A DNA stretch of 63,878 nt, filler included, from Blastocystis sp. subtype 4 (lineage: Eukaryota): the NCBI RefSeq assembly GCF_000743755.1. It is 6 parts of 6 records of this genome, joined end to end, with 100 filler letters (N's around TTAATTAATTAA, not from the genome) between each part and the next. Parts side by side here need not be neighbours in the genome. Positions count along the whole stretch, not along the records: positions 10,853 to 21,595 come from NW_014569225.1; positions 21,696 to 32,327 come from NW_014569224.1; 4 more parts are not named here. The stretch is one strand, 5' to 3'. Shown piece after piece: positions 13,261 through 25,795 of the stretch. Position 1 is the stretch's first letter, and each line of letters begins with the position of its first letter. The position numbers and the translations under genes are program-made. The notes beneath the pieces are model-generated. The model did no database searches. It saw nothing but the letters and a program-made list of their open reading frames with translations, and was not told where the DNA came from.

Positions 13261-15347
13261 TACTCAGTGTCATTGGATTTATCAATGAGCTCTTGAAGAC
13301 CCATCAAGAGCCTCATATCGGCAGTATCTCTCCTTCCAGTCATGAACGAATGAGTATCATCTTGATCACTGATTCGATTATTAACCGAAGAAGAAGATTT
13401 GCGACTATGGGCTTGCGATGCCAGTAGTTGCTGAATGTACTCCGAGTCCTGCCGAGTAAGACTTCCTTCCTCATCCATATCAACATCAGCAACAACACTT
13501 CGATAAGGCTCTGTTGCACGTCGTTTGTCACTCATAGTTTCGGACTCGTGTGTTTTAGGTTCCATTACCCGCGAGAAGCGACTCTCATATGATACAGGTT
13601 GATTCTCTTTATCATACTCTTCATCCGCATCCACCACAGGCGGCTGATACAATTGAAATGGAAGATCTCGTTTCTGTGACTTCTTTACTGTTGACATGAT
13701 ATCAAAGACGGGAGGTTTCTCTTGTTTGGTTGCCCAATCCTTGCTAGATATAACTTCATCTCACTTACTTCTTACCTTCCAAAGATATCTGACATTTCAT
13801 TCAAAACTCCTCGTGTGTTAACTGTTAACTCCTCACTCAGATCCTCTGTTAGGGATAAGGCTCGCATTTCCTTTGCTAATGGTGTTATGGTCCCAAAATC
13901 AAGTTTCCTTCGTACAGGATCATGAATTATTGTGCCTGCTTTCTCCATCTCTACACCACTGCTTTCACAATCCATATCATTATCATCTGAAGGCATTCTC
14001 TTAGGAGTTTGAAGAGGAGGTTGAGATGTTTGAACAGAATAGAACTTAGCTCGATACTCTTCAAATGATAGCTCATCTGTGATAGCCGAGCCTTGAATGA
14101 ACAAATCTCTGTTGAATCCAAATGGCTGTCTAGAAGTGAACTCTCTCATCTAATCAGTACTTTGTCTCTCGCTGAAGCATTCGAACAGAAGGAGCTGGTG
14201 GATCAATTGTTGTCTATGTAACAAATCCATCGCATTCTCACTTCAGAATACACGGCAAATGGAGTAGGTTGCTTTTTCACAGAACCAGGTCGTTGAGTTA
14301 GTCGCACCGCACTCCACTTCTCCGTTACTCGTTCGTTCTCTTTACTCTGAGTAGAAACACCTTCAAATCGTTTCCATGGTAATTCTCCTTGATTTACCTC
14401 TCCCGTATCTGTATCCCCACAGATCGAAAACTGAAGACCCGTTGGTTGGCTTGGAGGAAGTGAAAGTCCTTGAGATGGGCGACAGGAAGGGTCATTCTGA
14501 TCCCCACGAATTTCTTGAAATACTCCGAAATTCCGATTTGTGCCTGTGGACACCGTATTTTTTGCTAGTTGTGCTAATCGACGTAGTGCTTGCATGGTAA
14601 CACCATTTTCTTCCACAGGAGACAAGATAGGATCTTCAGAAAGTCCCTTATCACGCTGTTCTTTGCAGATATTGATACATTTCCGCCTCATACGTCTGTG
14701 AAATTGATACTGGTTTTTCTTTATCAGATTCTCCGGATCGGAACATCTATTGGAAACTACCAATCTTATTCTTACTTCATAATCCCTTCCTGGTAGATAC
14801 GTTCTGTCTGTTCATAGTCACAGTTTTGTTCATAGACAATCGTCTCGGCCAAATAGAATAGTGCATACTTTGTTCCGATTCCCCGTGACCGCATAAAGGA
14901 AAAAGTCTGTTTCGCATTCTGAAAATCAAGAGAATTGATGTAAGTGATCCAGATGTGTAAAAAGCGCATATCTTGTGTATACAAAGGACTATCGGAGAAT
15001 TTCTGCAAACATCTCTCAATAACATTTATATAAGCACGAGTATCTGTAGGATAGTGTTGCTGCATCCACTTGATATATCTACTTACTATTTCAAATCCAA
15101 AGATTTCTACGATTGCCATGGCTTTATAGGGTCACTTCCAACGTAATCATCGATGGCTTGCTCTTGTTCTCTTACTATCATTCTTTGTATCCACATCATA
15201 CTTTCTCATTAATTCGAGCCTTTGATTATGTTGCGGAGGGCCCATTTTCAGAGCAGAGTTCAAAGACTGTATTGAACGACCTTGCTTCAATGGTACGACA
15301 TTCTCTTTACTAATTTCCCACTCGTCAGTGATATTTGCTTCTTCCAT
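13261..15347 (-). CDS. MadBub (Bub1/Mad3/BubR1) checkpoint protein without kinase domain; stop TA+A via polyadenylation
   Basis: WEISKENVVPLKQGR (KEN1), TPR region, ABBA-like FGVFQE/FAVYSE around KEN2, GLEBS ELSFEEYRAK, CDI-like LTVNTRGVLNEMSDIFG. Confidence 0.9.
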
Positions 15348-15495
15348 GAATGACGAGGGTTTGAATGACAAAGAGACATATCTTAGAAACTCATGAAAAG
15401 AGTAATATTTGATATCTAGATTCTATGGAAGGTACATCAGACAGAACTCAGGTTCATTGGGATTCTTGGTCATCTTTCATTTTCTCAAATTTATA

Positions 15496-17310
15496 ATGGA
15501 ATTTGATACTCCAAGTGTTTCTCAGATTAATAAGGTGGAGTTTGAGGATAGGAATAAGAAGTAGATTATAACATTAGCATCAACAGCAATTAATAGTCTT
15601 CTGATCGATGATCTGGTTAGTTGGTTGCGACCTTACGAAGAGGAAGATGTATGTTTGTTTGCTTCATAACCATGTAGATTAATCGGTGCAAACAGATTCT
15701 GTCGACTCTAACCCATTGCAATGATATTACAGTTCAGATAGCTGCGATGGTGGCTAATGATACGCTCTTCCCTTCAAAAGACCTTCTTCACTCTATATCA
15801 AGGACAGGAGAACTCATGAAGATTTTCGTAAACTATGAAAACCGAGGATTTGATTCGACAGGCTCTTGTGCTGCTTGGATTCTATTTTAATTAATAGTTG
15901 ACTTCGATACATATAGTAGAATGATAGAGAAGGCTATGAATAATGTGGTCAAGTATCCAATAGATGGTAGATTTGAAGCGAATGTATCATCGTAGAGTCA
16001 TGCAAACAGGCATATATTGCTGTTAAGAAGGAAGTATATCAAGATTTCACCAGACTAACGGAAAGCGTTGATAGTTATTCCTGAAATTGAATTCTAGATT
16101 GCTACAATTTGTAGTACCTTTCCTAGTAACCATGCATCAACTACACAAGGCAATCGGCTTTCTTATCCTCTATCTCTGGCATCTATAGAGATGTACAGTG
16201 TTCATTTGGAGAGCATTCTAATAATCATAAAAGAAATGTTTTCGTCCTCAATTGCAGATCACACCTGTATGTTTGTCAATGATAATTGGTTAGTTGCCAA
16301 AAAAGGTCGATACAGTCTCGTTCCCATGAGTACCGATAATCGTCATTACTTATGAATAGGTTTACAAGATCGAAATCAATTTCTCTCTGGATCCGTTGCT
16401 CCCAAGGTGATAATCAAATTGTCATCAGTTAAGGAGCCAAAGCAAATTTCTCAAGCGAAGCGTCCGGGATCTCCTCCTTCAACTTGTTTGGAATCAAAAG
16501 CTGTGAAAGTGGAATCAGAGAAGAGTGAATCGGAACAAGAATTGGAATCAGAAGATACTGATGAGACTGAGGATGAGTATCCTCATCATTCTGCGCGGGA
16601 GGGTACTCGTTATCAGGCCGATGTGAAACCTTTTGATCCTGCACTTAGTATTGCCACACAAAAGAAACGAACACCACAAGATCGTTTGTGGGATCCTGAT
16701 CGAATTCGGGAAGAAGATTTGGATTCGTTTATTTCTATTTTCCCAGCTGATGTTGTTGAGAATGTTTTTGAAGTGATTGTGAACTGTGATTACAACCTCG
16801 ACAAAGCTTATGAAGAGGTACTAAACAGTTTGTTGCTTCACATCTAGCTGGTCAAGAATCCTCCTCTGAATCCGATTACTCGGTTTAATCCAGAAGATGA
16901 GAAACGACTTGAAGATAATATTGATAACCTATCATTGGTTCATGTAGAGTTGGTTGAATGCTTTGAATTAGAATTTTTACTTCCCCTATGTCAAGGTCAC
17001 CGAGGTTGTTGACTTGTACTATCATATGGATGCAAGTTTTAAAGATGACATCTGTACCATTTGTTTGGGAAGTGGAACATTGATTTTCTGTTCGAAATGT
17101 CCTAGAGGTTTTCACAAAAGTTGTATCAGACTACCAAACGTCAAAGAAGTACTATCACTATAGATTGATTATCTGTAGTTTATTTGTCCCTTCTGTCTCA
17201 TCAACAAGGAGAACTTATCTCCTTCTGAAATGGATCGCATTCTTACGAAGTACCGTAACTATCTTAATACGATAATCAATGCTCGGAATTCTCAATCTCG
17301 AAAGCGTTAA
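15496..17310 (+). CDS. Chromatin protein with ELM2-like and PHD finger domains
   Basis: REGTRYQADV...RLWDP (ELM2-like) and CTICLGSGTLIFCSKCPRGFHKSC...FICPFC (PHD). TAA is followed 4 nt later by TGTTTGTT (17315-17322). Confidence 0.75.
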
Positions 17311-17458
17311 TTGTTGTTTGTTGTATATCATATTTCTGTTATTTGATGTATGTGAAGCTCAGAGACATATGTATCTAATAATGGACTCAAAAAGGATATT
17401 CTGAGTTGAAACGAAGCATTGTGGATATTCTCTATCTTGTGATATTTGTGGATTGGTC

Positions 17459-20400
17459 ATGCCTGGAAACCGATATCAGAGAATTCCATCTGCACAGTTG
17501 CCAATGTCATCAACGACATATCCCAAGACGGTACTGGTATTGGCTTTAACTCATTTCGAGGTAATTTGTGGTGATCGAGATGCAAATACAGTGTATGGCA
17601 CCAATGCTATTCGAACTACACGATACAATCTCCTTAATTGCATTCCATTATACTTATGGGATGTATTTAATCCAAAATACAAACTAGCTAATATCTTCTT
17701 TCTTCTTGTCTCCATTCTTCAGTGCATTCCATCTATCAGTCTAACAAATGGTCTTCCAAGCAGTTTACCTTCACTGCTGACCATTATCGGAGCTGAGGCA
17801 GTTCACATGGGGATCCTTGAACACAAACGACGCAAATCTGACAAGGAAATGAACTCAAGAAAAGTGGTATGTTGGGATACGAATACACATGAATGGAAAG
17901 AAAGAATGTGGAAGGAGATTTGTGTATGTTTTGGTAACTGATAAGATATAGGTTGGAGAGATTATAAAAGTACACAAAAATGAAGATATTCCATGTGATA
18001 TGGTTCTCTTATCAACAAGCGATGCATCAAAGAATAGTCAGTGTTATCTAACCACAACGAACATTGATGGTGAAACAGATATTAAAACGAAAACTGCACT
18101 AGCGTTGACAGCTCAGAAATCGTTGGTAATTGGTTTGTCATTCATCTGAAGTGTTCCATCGATTCTGAACGAACAGCCCGTGATTTACTGTGAAGCAGAG
18201 AATGCGTTGACATCTTCATTTGATGGTACCTTCCAACTCACCACAGAAGGATCTATTGAACGACTATCAATTACTTCAATCCTTCTACGAGGATGTCGAT
18301 TAGTCTTCACAGGTATCCATCGTTGTGAATATCCATTTATAGATTGGATTGTAGGGTGTGCCATTTCTGTTGGAGGAAGAACCAAAATTGAATATTCCAC
18401 CAAAACCAAACCGCCTAAGAAGGAGTCTGAAACACTTACTCTCTTGAATCATATGATCATTTACTTGCTTTATCTACTTATTTTCATTTGCATTGTTCAT
18501 TCTACTCATTTTCATCATTATCTAGGTTAGTTCGATTCTTTCAGTTATTTGGGATGCAACACCCAAAGCCAACATTCAAGTCAATACAGAGAATTTTTTC
18601 CTTCATTTCATTAAGAATGTCTTCGTATATTTCCAGTTGTGTTATCAGATAGTACCAGCATCCCTGTATGTGTGTGTAGAGATTGCGTAATTATTATTGA
18701 TCTCTCTTCTCTCTAGTCTTCTCTTACAAACCTTCTTTATGGAAAGTGATCTTGATTGTTATGAATCAGCTCATGATCACATTCAGGTTCGAAATGCGGG
18801 GATTATTGATGAATTGGGACATGTCACGTTGGTTACTATTTCCTTCATTCACATGTAGACATATTCTCTCCGACAAAACAGGAACGATTACTGAGAACAA
18901 TCTCCGTGTAGTTGCTTTGGCAACTCCATTACATGAATTCTCACTTGGCAATCTTCAGTCAACGAATGCCATCGAGCCGTCAACAGATCCTTGTCTTTCA
19001 ATGTTATTATTGAACATGCTGACAAATCACTCAGCGTTATCAATCAAGAATACTGTATCATCTGATCTAACAGAATTCATGAATTCCATTTCTCATGCTC
19101 AAAGTCAGAGTTTGGTTGATTCACTCACCAAATCCTCTTCATTCTCAGAACTCTGTATTACTAGTCTTGCAGAGAATTCATCCCATGATTGGATCCAACC
19201 TCAGGAAGAAGATATTCAAGTGTTCTGTTCATCTCAAGATGAACGAGTAGTTGCTTATTCTCTTAGTCATATAGGCTCTTCTAGATGCTGTAGCACTTTT
19301 TGGATACGAGTTCCATCAACGTGATCAGACTCATGCTCGATTGGAAGTCGTGATTCGTGGATTGTTTCAGACTATTGAAGTGTTACAGTGGTTTCCTTTC
19401 ACGAGTGACCGAAAACGGACATCAATTATTATTCGGAGAAATGGGGAACTATGGTTGTTATGCAAAGTATTGGTGGAGGAGCAGGATCAGAAATAGGGTG
19501 CGGATTCTACTGTATTTCCTTTGATTACTCCAGGAGAAGAGAAGAGTCAGATAGATGGATTTGTCAATCGATGTAGTCATCAAGCATATCGAACTCTTGT
19601 ATTCGCAGGAAAGAAGTTGAAAAATGAAGAATATGAGCAATGGAAGGTATGAGTAGTGCACCTATTCATGATCAGGAAACTGTCACTAGAGCTGGATACT
19701 CATCATCTGTTCCTAGTGACATGCAGAGACAGTTGGAGACCAATCTTCAACTTCACGGAGCTGTTGCCATTCAAGATGATTTGGTATCTGACGTATTCAT
19801 CTCAATTAAGAAGCTCCAGACAGCAGGTGTTCGATTCTGGATTCTTACAGGAGATAAGGCTGATACTGCAGAGGCTATTGCACTGGCTGCTGGTGTAATT
19901 GATCCTTCACAAGAACTGGTTCGATTAACAGCAGCGAATCTCCTCACAAGTTCGTCGCAATCCCTTCGTGATACTCTTTTGGAGGTTCTGACGGAGTATT
20001 CAGAGAGCAATAGTCACAATTCGATTCTTGTAGATGAGAGTGTGATGGATGTAGTGTTTGAAGACGGTCCTTCGGAATCAGCAGAAGCTCAAGGTGTTAA
20101 CACTGATGCTCCTTCTCTAAAACGACTCTTTTTGGGTTGTCTGTGCAGCTCACAGTCAGTTATCATAGCAAGAATGAGAAAGGATCAGAAACAAGCAATC
20201 ACAATGCAATTGAAAGAATACGGGAAATTGGTAGGGTTTTAAGAGCAGAGTTATGGAAAGACTTCTCAGTCCATTCATGTGTTGTGTGTAGGAGATGGAG
20301 CTAATGATATTGGTATGATTCGAGAGAGTGATATTGGGATTGGTATCAAAGGGAAAGAAGGATTACAAGCATACAACAACTGTGATGTCGGTTTGCCTTC

Positions 20401-21472
20401 GTTTCGGTATATCAGCAAGTTGTTATTTGTTCACGGGAAATCCAATGAAATGCGTCTACAAACTCTGATCTTATATTTTCTCTACAAGAATACTCTGCTA
20501 TCGATTATCACCCTTCTCTTGTCCTATATTACTGTATTTTCAGGGCTCAAAGTGATGCCATCGTGGGGAATTGATTTCTATAACACATAGTAAGACTTGA
20601 AAAATGATCATGAACTAGCTTCACTTCTGTTCCGATATTAACTCTCTCAGCAATTGATTTCTTTTGCAGCAAGGAGCTTCTGATTCGAGTTCCTCAACTT
20701 TATGATCCAAAATGGTTCCATCCTCGATTAACACGAACAAGTTTCACATTGAATATTGTTATGTCTATAATGGAATCAGGGATCATACTAGGATTATGTT
20801 ATCTGTATTATGGGATCGATTCCTACACCGATGTATCCTGGAATATGGTTTGGTTTAGAGTGTGTAATGATTAATAGACAATAAGTACATCGTATTTTGG
20901 AGTTGTTATCTTTACTATTCTTGTTCTCGTTGCAAATGTGAAGATTCTCTTTATTTCATCCATTCACACTCTTATCCTTTTTGCTTTTATCATTCTAAGT
21001 ATTCTTTTGTGGATTGGCACTTTGGCTACCATTTCAGGGTTTATTTCATTTCCTGCAGAGAGTTTTGATCTATATGGTTCCTTTATTGGGATGATTGAAA
21101 ATCCTGTGAAAGATAGCAAGAGTAGTTTGATTCATAGCACACCTTTCTCGTGATTCTCTTCCTTGTGATCTTTCTCTCTCTATGGAACCTCCTATGGGTG
21201 TTTTTGAATACTGTGTTTAATCCATCACCAACACAGATTGTGAATGTTCGTACTATCTTGATATTCAAATGTAGGAAATTAATGCTCAAGAATACAGAAA
21301 GCTATCCAACGGAAAGATTGGTGGATATGAAGGGAAATCTGTTCAACAAGCGGCAAGACAAGTCAATTTGACAGTTCAGTCAGTATTGAAACAAGAACAT
21401 CTAATCTTGAAGCAGCTTGACAGCATGGACAATGATGTACTTTCTCAAGTGGTCGTTCCTATATCCGTTTAG
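17459..21472 (+). CDS. P4-type ATPase (phospholipid flippase)
   Basis: NAIRTTRY, NIDGET, SDKTGT, FTSDRKR, LTGDK, GDGANDIGMI, GIKGKEG, FLYKN. Confidence 0.93.
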
Positions 21473-21595
21473 CAATAATCGTTAAATGTGATTGTTAACA
21501 AACATCCGAAAGAAACAGGAGAATTACTTCTTCAAGTTGACAAGGAACTTGGATACACCAGCGTTATCGGGCTTGAAGGTAGTTTGGCCTTCATG

Positions 21596-21695
21596 NNNNN
21601 NNNNNNNNNNNNNNNNNNNNNNNNNNNNNNNNNNNNNNNTTAATTAATTAANNNNNNNNNNNNNNNNNNNNNNNNNNNNNNNNNNNNNNNNNNNN
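21596..21695. other. Assembly spacer
   Basis: N44-TTAATTAATTAA-N44. Confidence 0.97.
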
Positions 21696-21991
21696 GTAAA
21701 CGCGTTGAGGTTGGCTTAGAACTCACTCCATACTGAGAAACAGGAATAAGATCATAAATAACAACAACATTGGTATTCATTTCTCTAATTCATTGTATTC
21801 ATTTCAATCTATACTACACATCAATACCATCACTTTGTATAACCTACATTAATGAAAGTATCTGAATAACGAGAGTATCTTTACGCAGCTATCTCTAATT
21901 CACTCCAAAGACCCAAAGAATCATGATCTTATCAGTTATTCCCGCGATTATTCGTGACTTGTTTGTTACAGTTTAATCATTCTTTACCTGA

Positions 21992-24912
21992 ATGGATTTC
22001 CAGAGGGTTGAAGCGGAGGTTAATCAACACCTTGATCTAGTATTCTCAATTATTGCAATCTTGACATCTAGTACTCAAGTGCTCAAAACCGGAATGATTT
22101 GAACACACAGTACAAGGAGATCAATGCTGTCATTCAGATTCTTCAAAATGCAGTTCAACACTCAGTAGGGGAGAAGTAATTCCAATAGTTTTCTATAATT
22201 TGATATAGACGGATGTACTACAGTGGATTACTGAAGAGACCAATGGAGATTCAGAGACGACTTCAACGACAACTCATAACACTGCCTTCGGTTCAACCGG
22301 TTCAAGTAACTGCTGTTACTGCTTCTGCGAGAAATGGTACAGTAAATCCCATTTCGACTCCATCTGCCTCTATTGCTGTTGAACCTGCTTCTTCCTCTGT
22401 CACACCTCATCTTCGAGTGCCTCCAGTATGTGCAATGAAGAAACGCGAATCTTACATTGATCGTCCTCTTTCCACCCATGAATTGTTCATTTTAAAGCGT
22501 ACTTCCGTAATTAATGGAAATAGATTCGTCCCCTGGATGGATAAAGATGCTTTGGATTTTGACTCACAACCCTTTCTAGATGACTTTGATTATCATATGA
22601 AGCCAGAATTCATTAAGCGTGGCTGTTGCTTCGTTGCTCCCTCGAAGTTGTCTGATGATCCAACGATTATCAAATATCCTCTGGATCCGTTTGTTGTTCA
22701 ACAACACAATGTTGCCGACTGTACCATCGTATCCTCGATCATCAGCTGTGCTAACTATGAGGTGCGATTTAAGAAACCTCTCATCACAGGAATTCTCTAT
22801 CCACAACGAAGCGGTCGTCCTGTATTCAATCCTATGGGTAAGTACATCGTGAAATTAGTGTTCAACGGTGTCCCACGGAAAGTTGTGATTGATCATCGCA
22901 TTCTGGTTACCTCCTCTATGAAACCGCTCACCACATTTAGTCGAAATATGGGTGAGTTATGGCCTATTCTTCTAGAGAAGGCCTTCTTGAAGGTTCATGG
23001 TGGTTATTCTTATGATGGTGGCAACGGAGGCCAGGATACTTACAGTCTGACTGGCTGGATTCCCGAGAGTATCCGTCTCTCGGAAGAAAAGAATGCTGAT
23101 GCAGTGTGGTCGAAGCTCTATGGAGCATTCAAGTATTAGTGGAATGGATGAATGAGAAATAGTTCTGGGGACTGTCTATTAACTGCAGGAACACGCAGTA
23201 ATCTTGGAGCTAATTGTGAAGAGCGTCTGGGTCTCGCCCAAGGTCATTGTTATGCAATCATCCAGATGGTGGAGATTGAAGGGTATCGACTGATCCAATT
23301 GCGCAATCCATGGGGTCATGTATCGTGGAAGGGACGTTTCAGCTATCAAGATCAAAGCAATTGGTCAATGAAGATGCGTTCGGTAAGAATCATATTGATT
23401 TTGTGATGTAGCAATTATGTCCTGATTATACTCAACGTCTTCAAAATCCTTCCTCTGATGATGGCTTGTTCTGGATGGAGTTCACAGAATTCAAACGATA
23501 CTACAAGTCCTTGTAATCAATGAAACTGTCATTAACTTCTAGCAATGTGAATTGGTCTCCAGAACTCTTGAATTCTTCTGTTACCTATCATGATTGCTAT
23601 ACTAACATGTACCTCGGTTCTATGAGTGATCTACGGAATATCGGTGGATGTCCTCAATACGTTCTTGAACTGATGAATCCAACCAACCAGGTCATACCTG
23701 TTCATGCCATGTTAAGTCGTCACTACACGGATTACGAAGACATGTTAGGTTCCGATCATACAAAGATTGTTATCTCGTTACAAGTCTATCAGACTGATGG
23801 TGTGAAGTATTTAGTGAAGGAAAAAGATGCTATCAGACCTGTTCGTGAAGAAGCTATCTTTACCAATATTCCTTATGATTTGTGTCGTATTCTGCTTCCT
23901 CCTGGTCATACGACATATACCGTTGCTGTGATGGCATATAAAGAACAGCTTCGTAATCGGAAACCATTTGACTTCTCCCTTCAAGTTCGTTATCCATCCA
24001 TTGTAACTGGATCAATGAAACCTATCACTGAGTTCCCTCAGTATCATTTTTCATCTCGAGCAGCTGGTGTATGGAAAGCTGACAATGTTGGTAAGCCTTC
24101 GCTCAAGACGTTCAAGATGAATCCTCGCTACCTTCTTCATTTGAATCGACAAACATTTATCAATGCTCGATTAGAGATGATCAATAATGGAGATATTGCT
24201 GTTGGTTTGCGACTCATGCGAATTCAGGATCTGGAAGAAGACAACATAAGTAAGCGAACAATGTTGGCTGAAGCGGATGGATTCATGTTAGGAGCATGTG
24301 TGTTAGAGACAGATTTACAGCCTGGTGATTATGTGTTGATTGCAAGTGAATATCCTTCTTCTATCACGTGCTAGTCTCCTTCATTTTAGATTCGAACCAA
24401 TAGTAGATGTTCAATACATCATCTCGGTCCGATCTTCACATCCATTGATTCTTAAAGAATCTCAGGCCCATTCAATTCCTCTTCCTGATCTTGGAAAGGA
24501 TCTATTTTACAATTATGCTTTTGCAAGCACATTGAATGCTCAAACAACAGGTCAGAGTGTATTAGGATTACGAGGATTCTTTGCCGCTGAATCGTTCTAT
24601 TCATTCAATAGAATAATGAGTAGATGTCGTATGTACGTTAGTCAGTCTTCTCTTCTTACCGTCAAAATTACTGTGTCTCTCGATTCTGTTCCTGTGGTTG
24701 CACTTTTTGCGTGCCCAAATGGAACTCAACCAGTTTCGTTGTTGCTGAAAGACGCTGTAGTTTCTTCGAAATTGGAAGAAAATGATTCCTCGACATTCTT
24801 ATTTACCCCTCTCAATCCGGGATATTATGTGCTAGCCTATGGGTTGAAGAATACTGCTGATGCTGACATGCAGTTAGGAGTGTTTAGTAACAACCCACTT
24901 CGTTTCTATTAG
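21992..24912 (+). CDS. Calpain-7/PalB-like cysteine protease
   Basis: Catalytic triad motifs QHNVADC, GHCYA, LRNPWG, plus LLEKAFLK, LTGWIPE and tandem domain-III (PQY, NPRY). Confidence 0.9.
24350..24389 (+). other. Putative U12-type AT-AG intron (40 nt) in calpain
   Basis: 5' ATATCCTTC, branch-like TCCTTCAT, 3' AG. Removal gives LIASEFEP. Confidence 0.65.
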
Positions 24913-25743
24913 TATGTTTGTTACAGCAAAGAAGATAGTGAAGTGAAAAGAAAAAGCGATTAGCAATTTGCTCACTGTTCCAAGATTTGGTTAAAGAATC
25001 ATGCAGCTGTCGTAGCAACTCATTGGAGTAGTTCCGAACTCCAGACAAACAAATAAGATGATCAATTACAGAAGTGGCTTCAACATCTTGGAGCATTTGG
25101 GGAAAGTAACACCGAAGAAGCGATAAGGCGAAGGAAGGAGTATAACAAAGAGCTGAAAGCGATTCAATCGTTTGATTCGTGTATGGAAATGTGAGAATGG
25201 ACAACCATTGTTGTTCTGTTAGTAGCTAATCATGAATTGAATAATGAAACTAGTACAGGAAAGAGCTTAGAATACAAACTTGGTATAGGAAGCGACTCAT
25301 AGACATAGGAGCTAATGCTATTTTGAATCTCCGGAATCATAGAATCGTCAACAGAAGTGTCACACTCAGTAACTCGTTCTCCCCTTTCAGTAATCCTTGG
25401 ATCTACCATTTCAAATGTCACAATATCCTGAAGTCTAAATGACGGATGAGGGATAATCAGATGATCGATTGTGGGAGCATGATCTTCTAATACAGTTTTC
25501 TATACATCACTTTCTGTATCGATTTGAACATCAAAATCGAGTTGTACAGGGGACATTGTTAATACTTCTCCATCTGGAAGTGTAACTGAGTAGGGATCAT
25601 CTTGAACTCGTTCGTTTCCAATTTGAAACTCTTTATTTGACTGCTGAACAGTGTTTGAAATCGAATCTAATCCTAATATTGAATGAGGCTAATCTACTCA
25701 GACTCTTTTCAATCACTGTATCATCTACATCCTTCCAGTTCAT
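24884..25743 (-). CDS. Hypothetical protein (spliced; 3' end uncertain)
   Basis: MNWKDVDDTVIEKSL| exon chain with ~30-nt introns continuing into ORFs 25230-25421 and 24884-25204. Confidence 0.5.
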
Positions 25744-25795
25744 TCTCTTCAATTCTAAATGTTGGAACGAAAAGCGACTCACAGATTTCTTTTTT

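Noticed and set aside
20833..20877. GTATCCTG as a possible GT-AG U12 donor in the P4-ATPase
   Set aside because: No U12 branch motif, and a normal 30-nt intron 15 nt downstream keeps the same frame.
21496..21595. Minus-strand 3' gene fragment (…GVSKFLVNLKK*) with TGTTTGTT
   Set aside because: Probably a real gene end cut by the spacer, but too short to identify.
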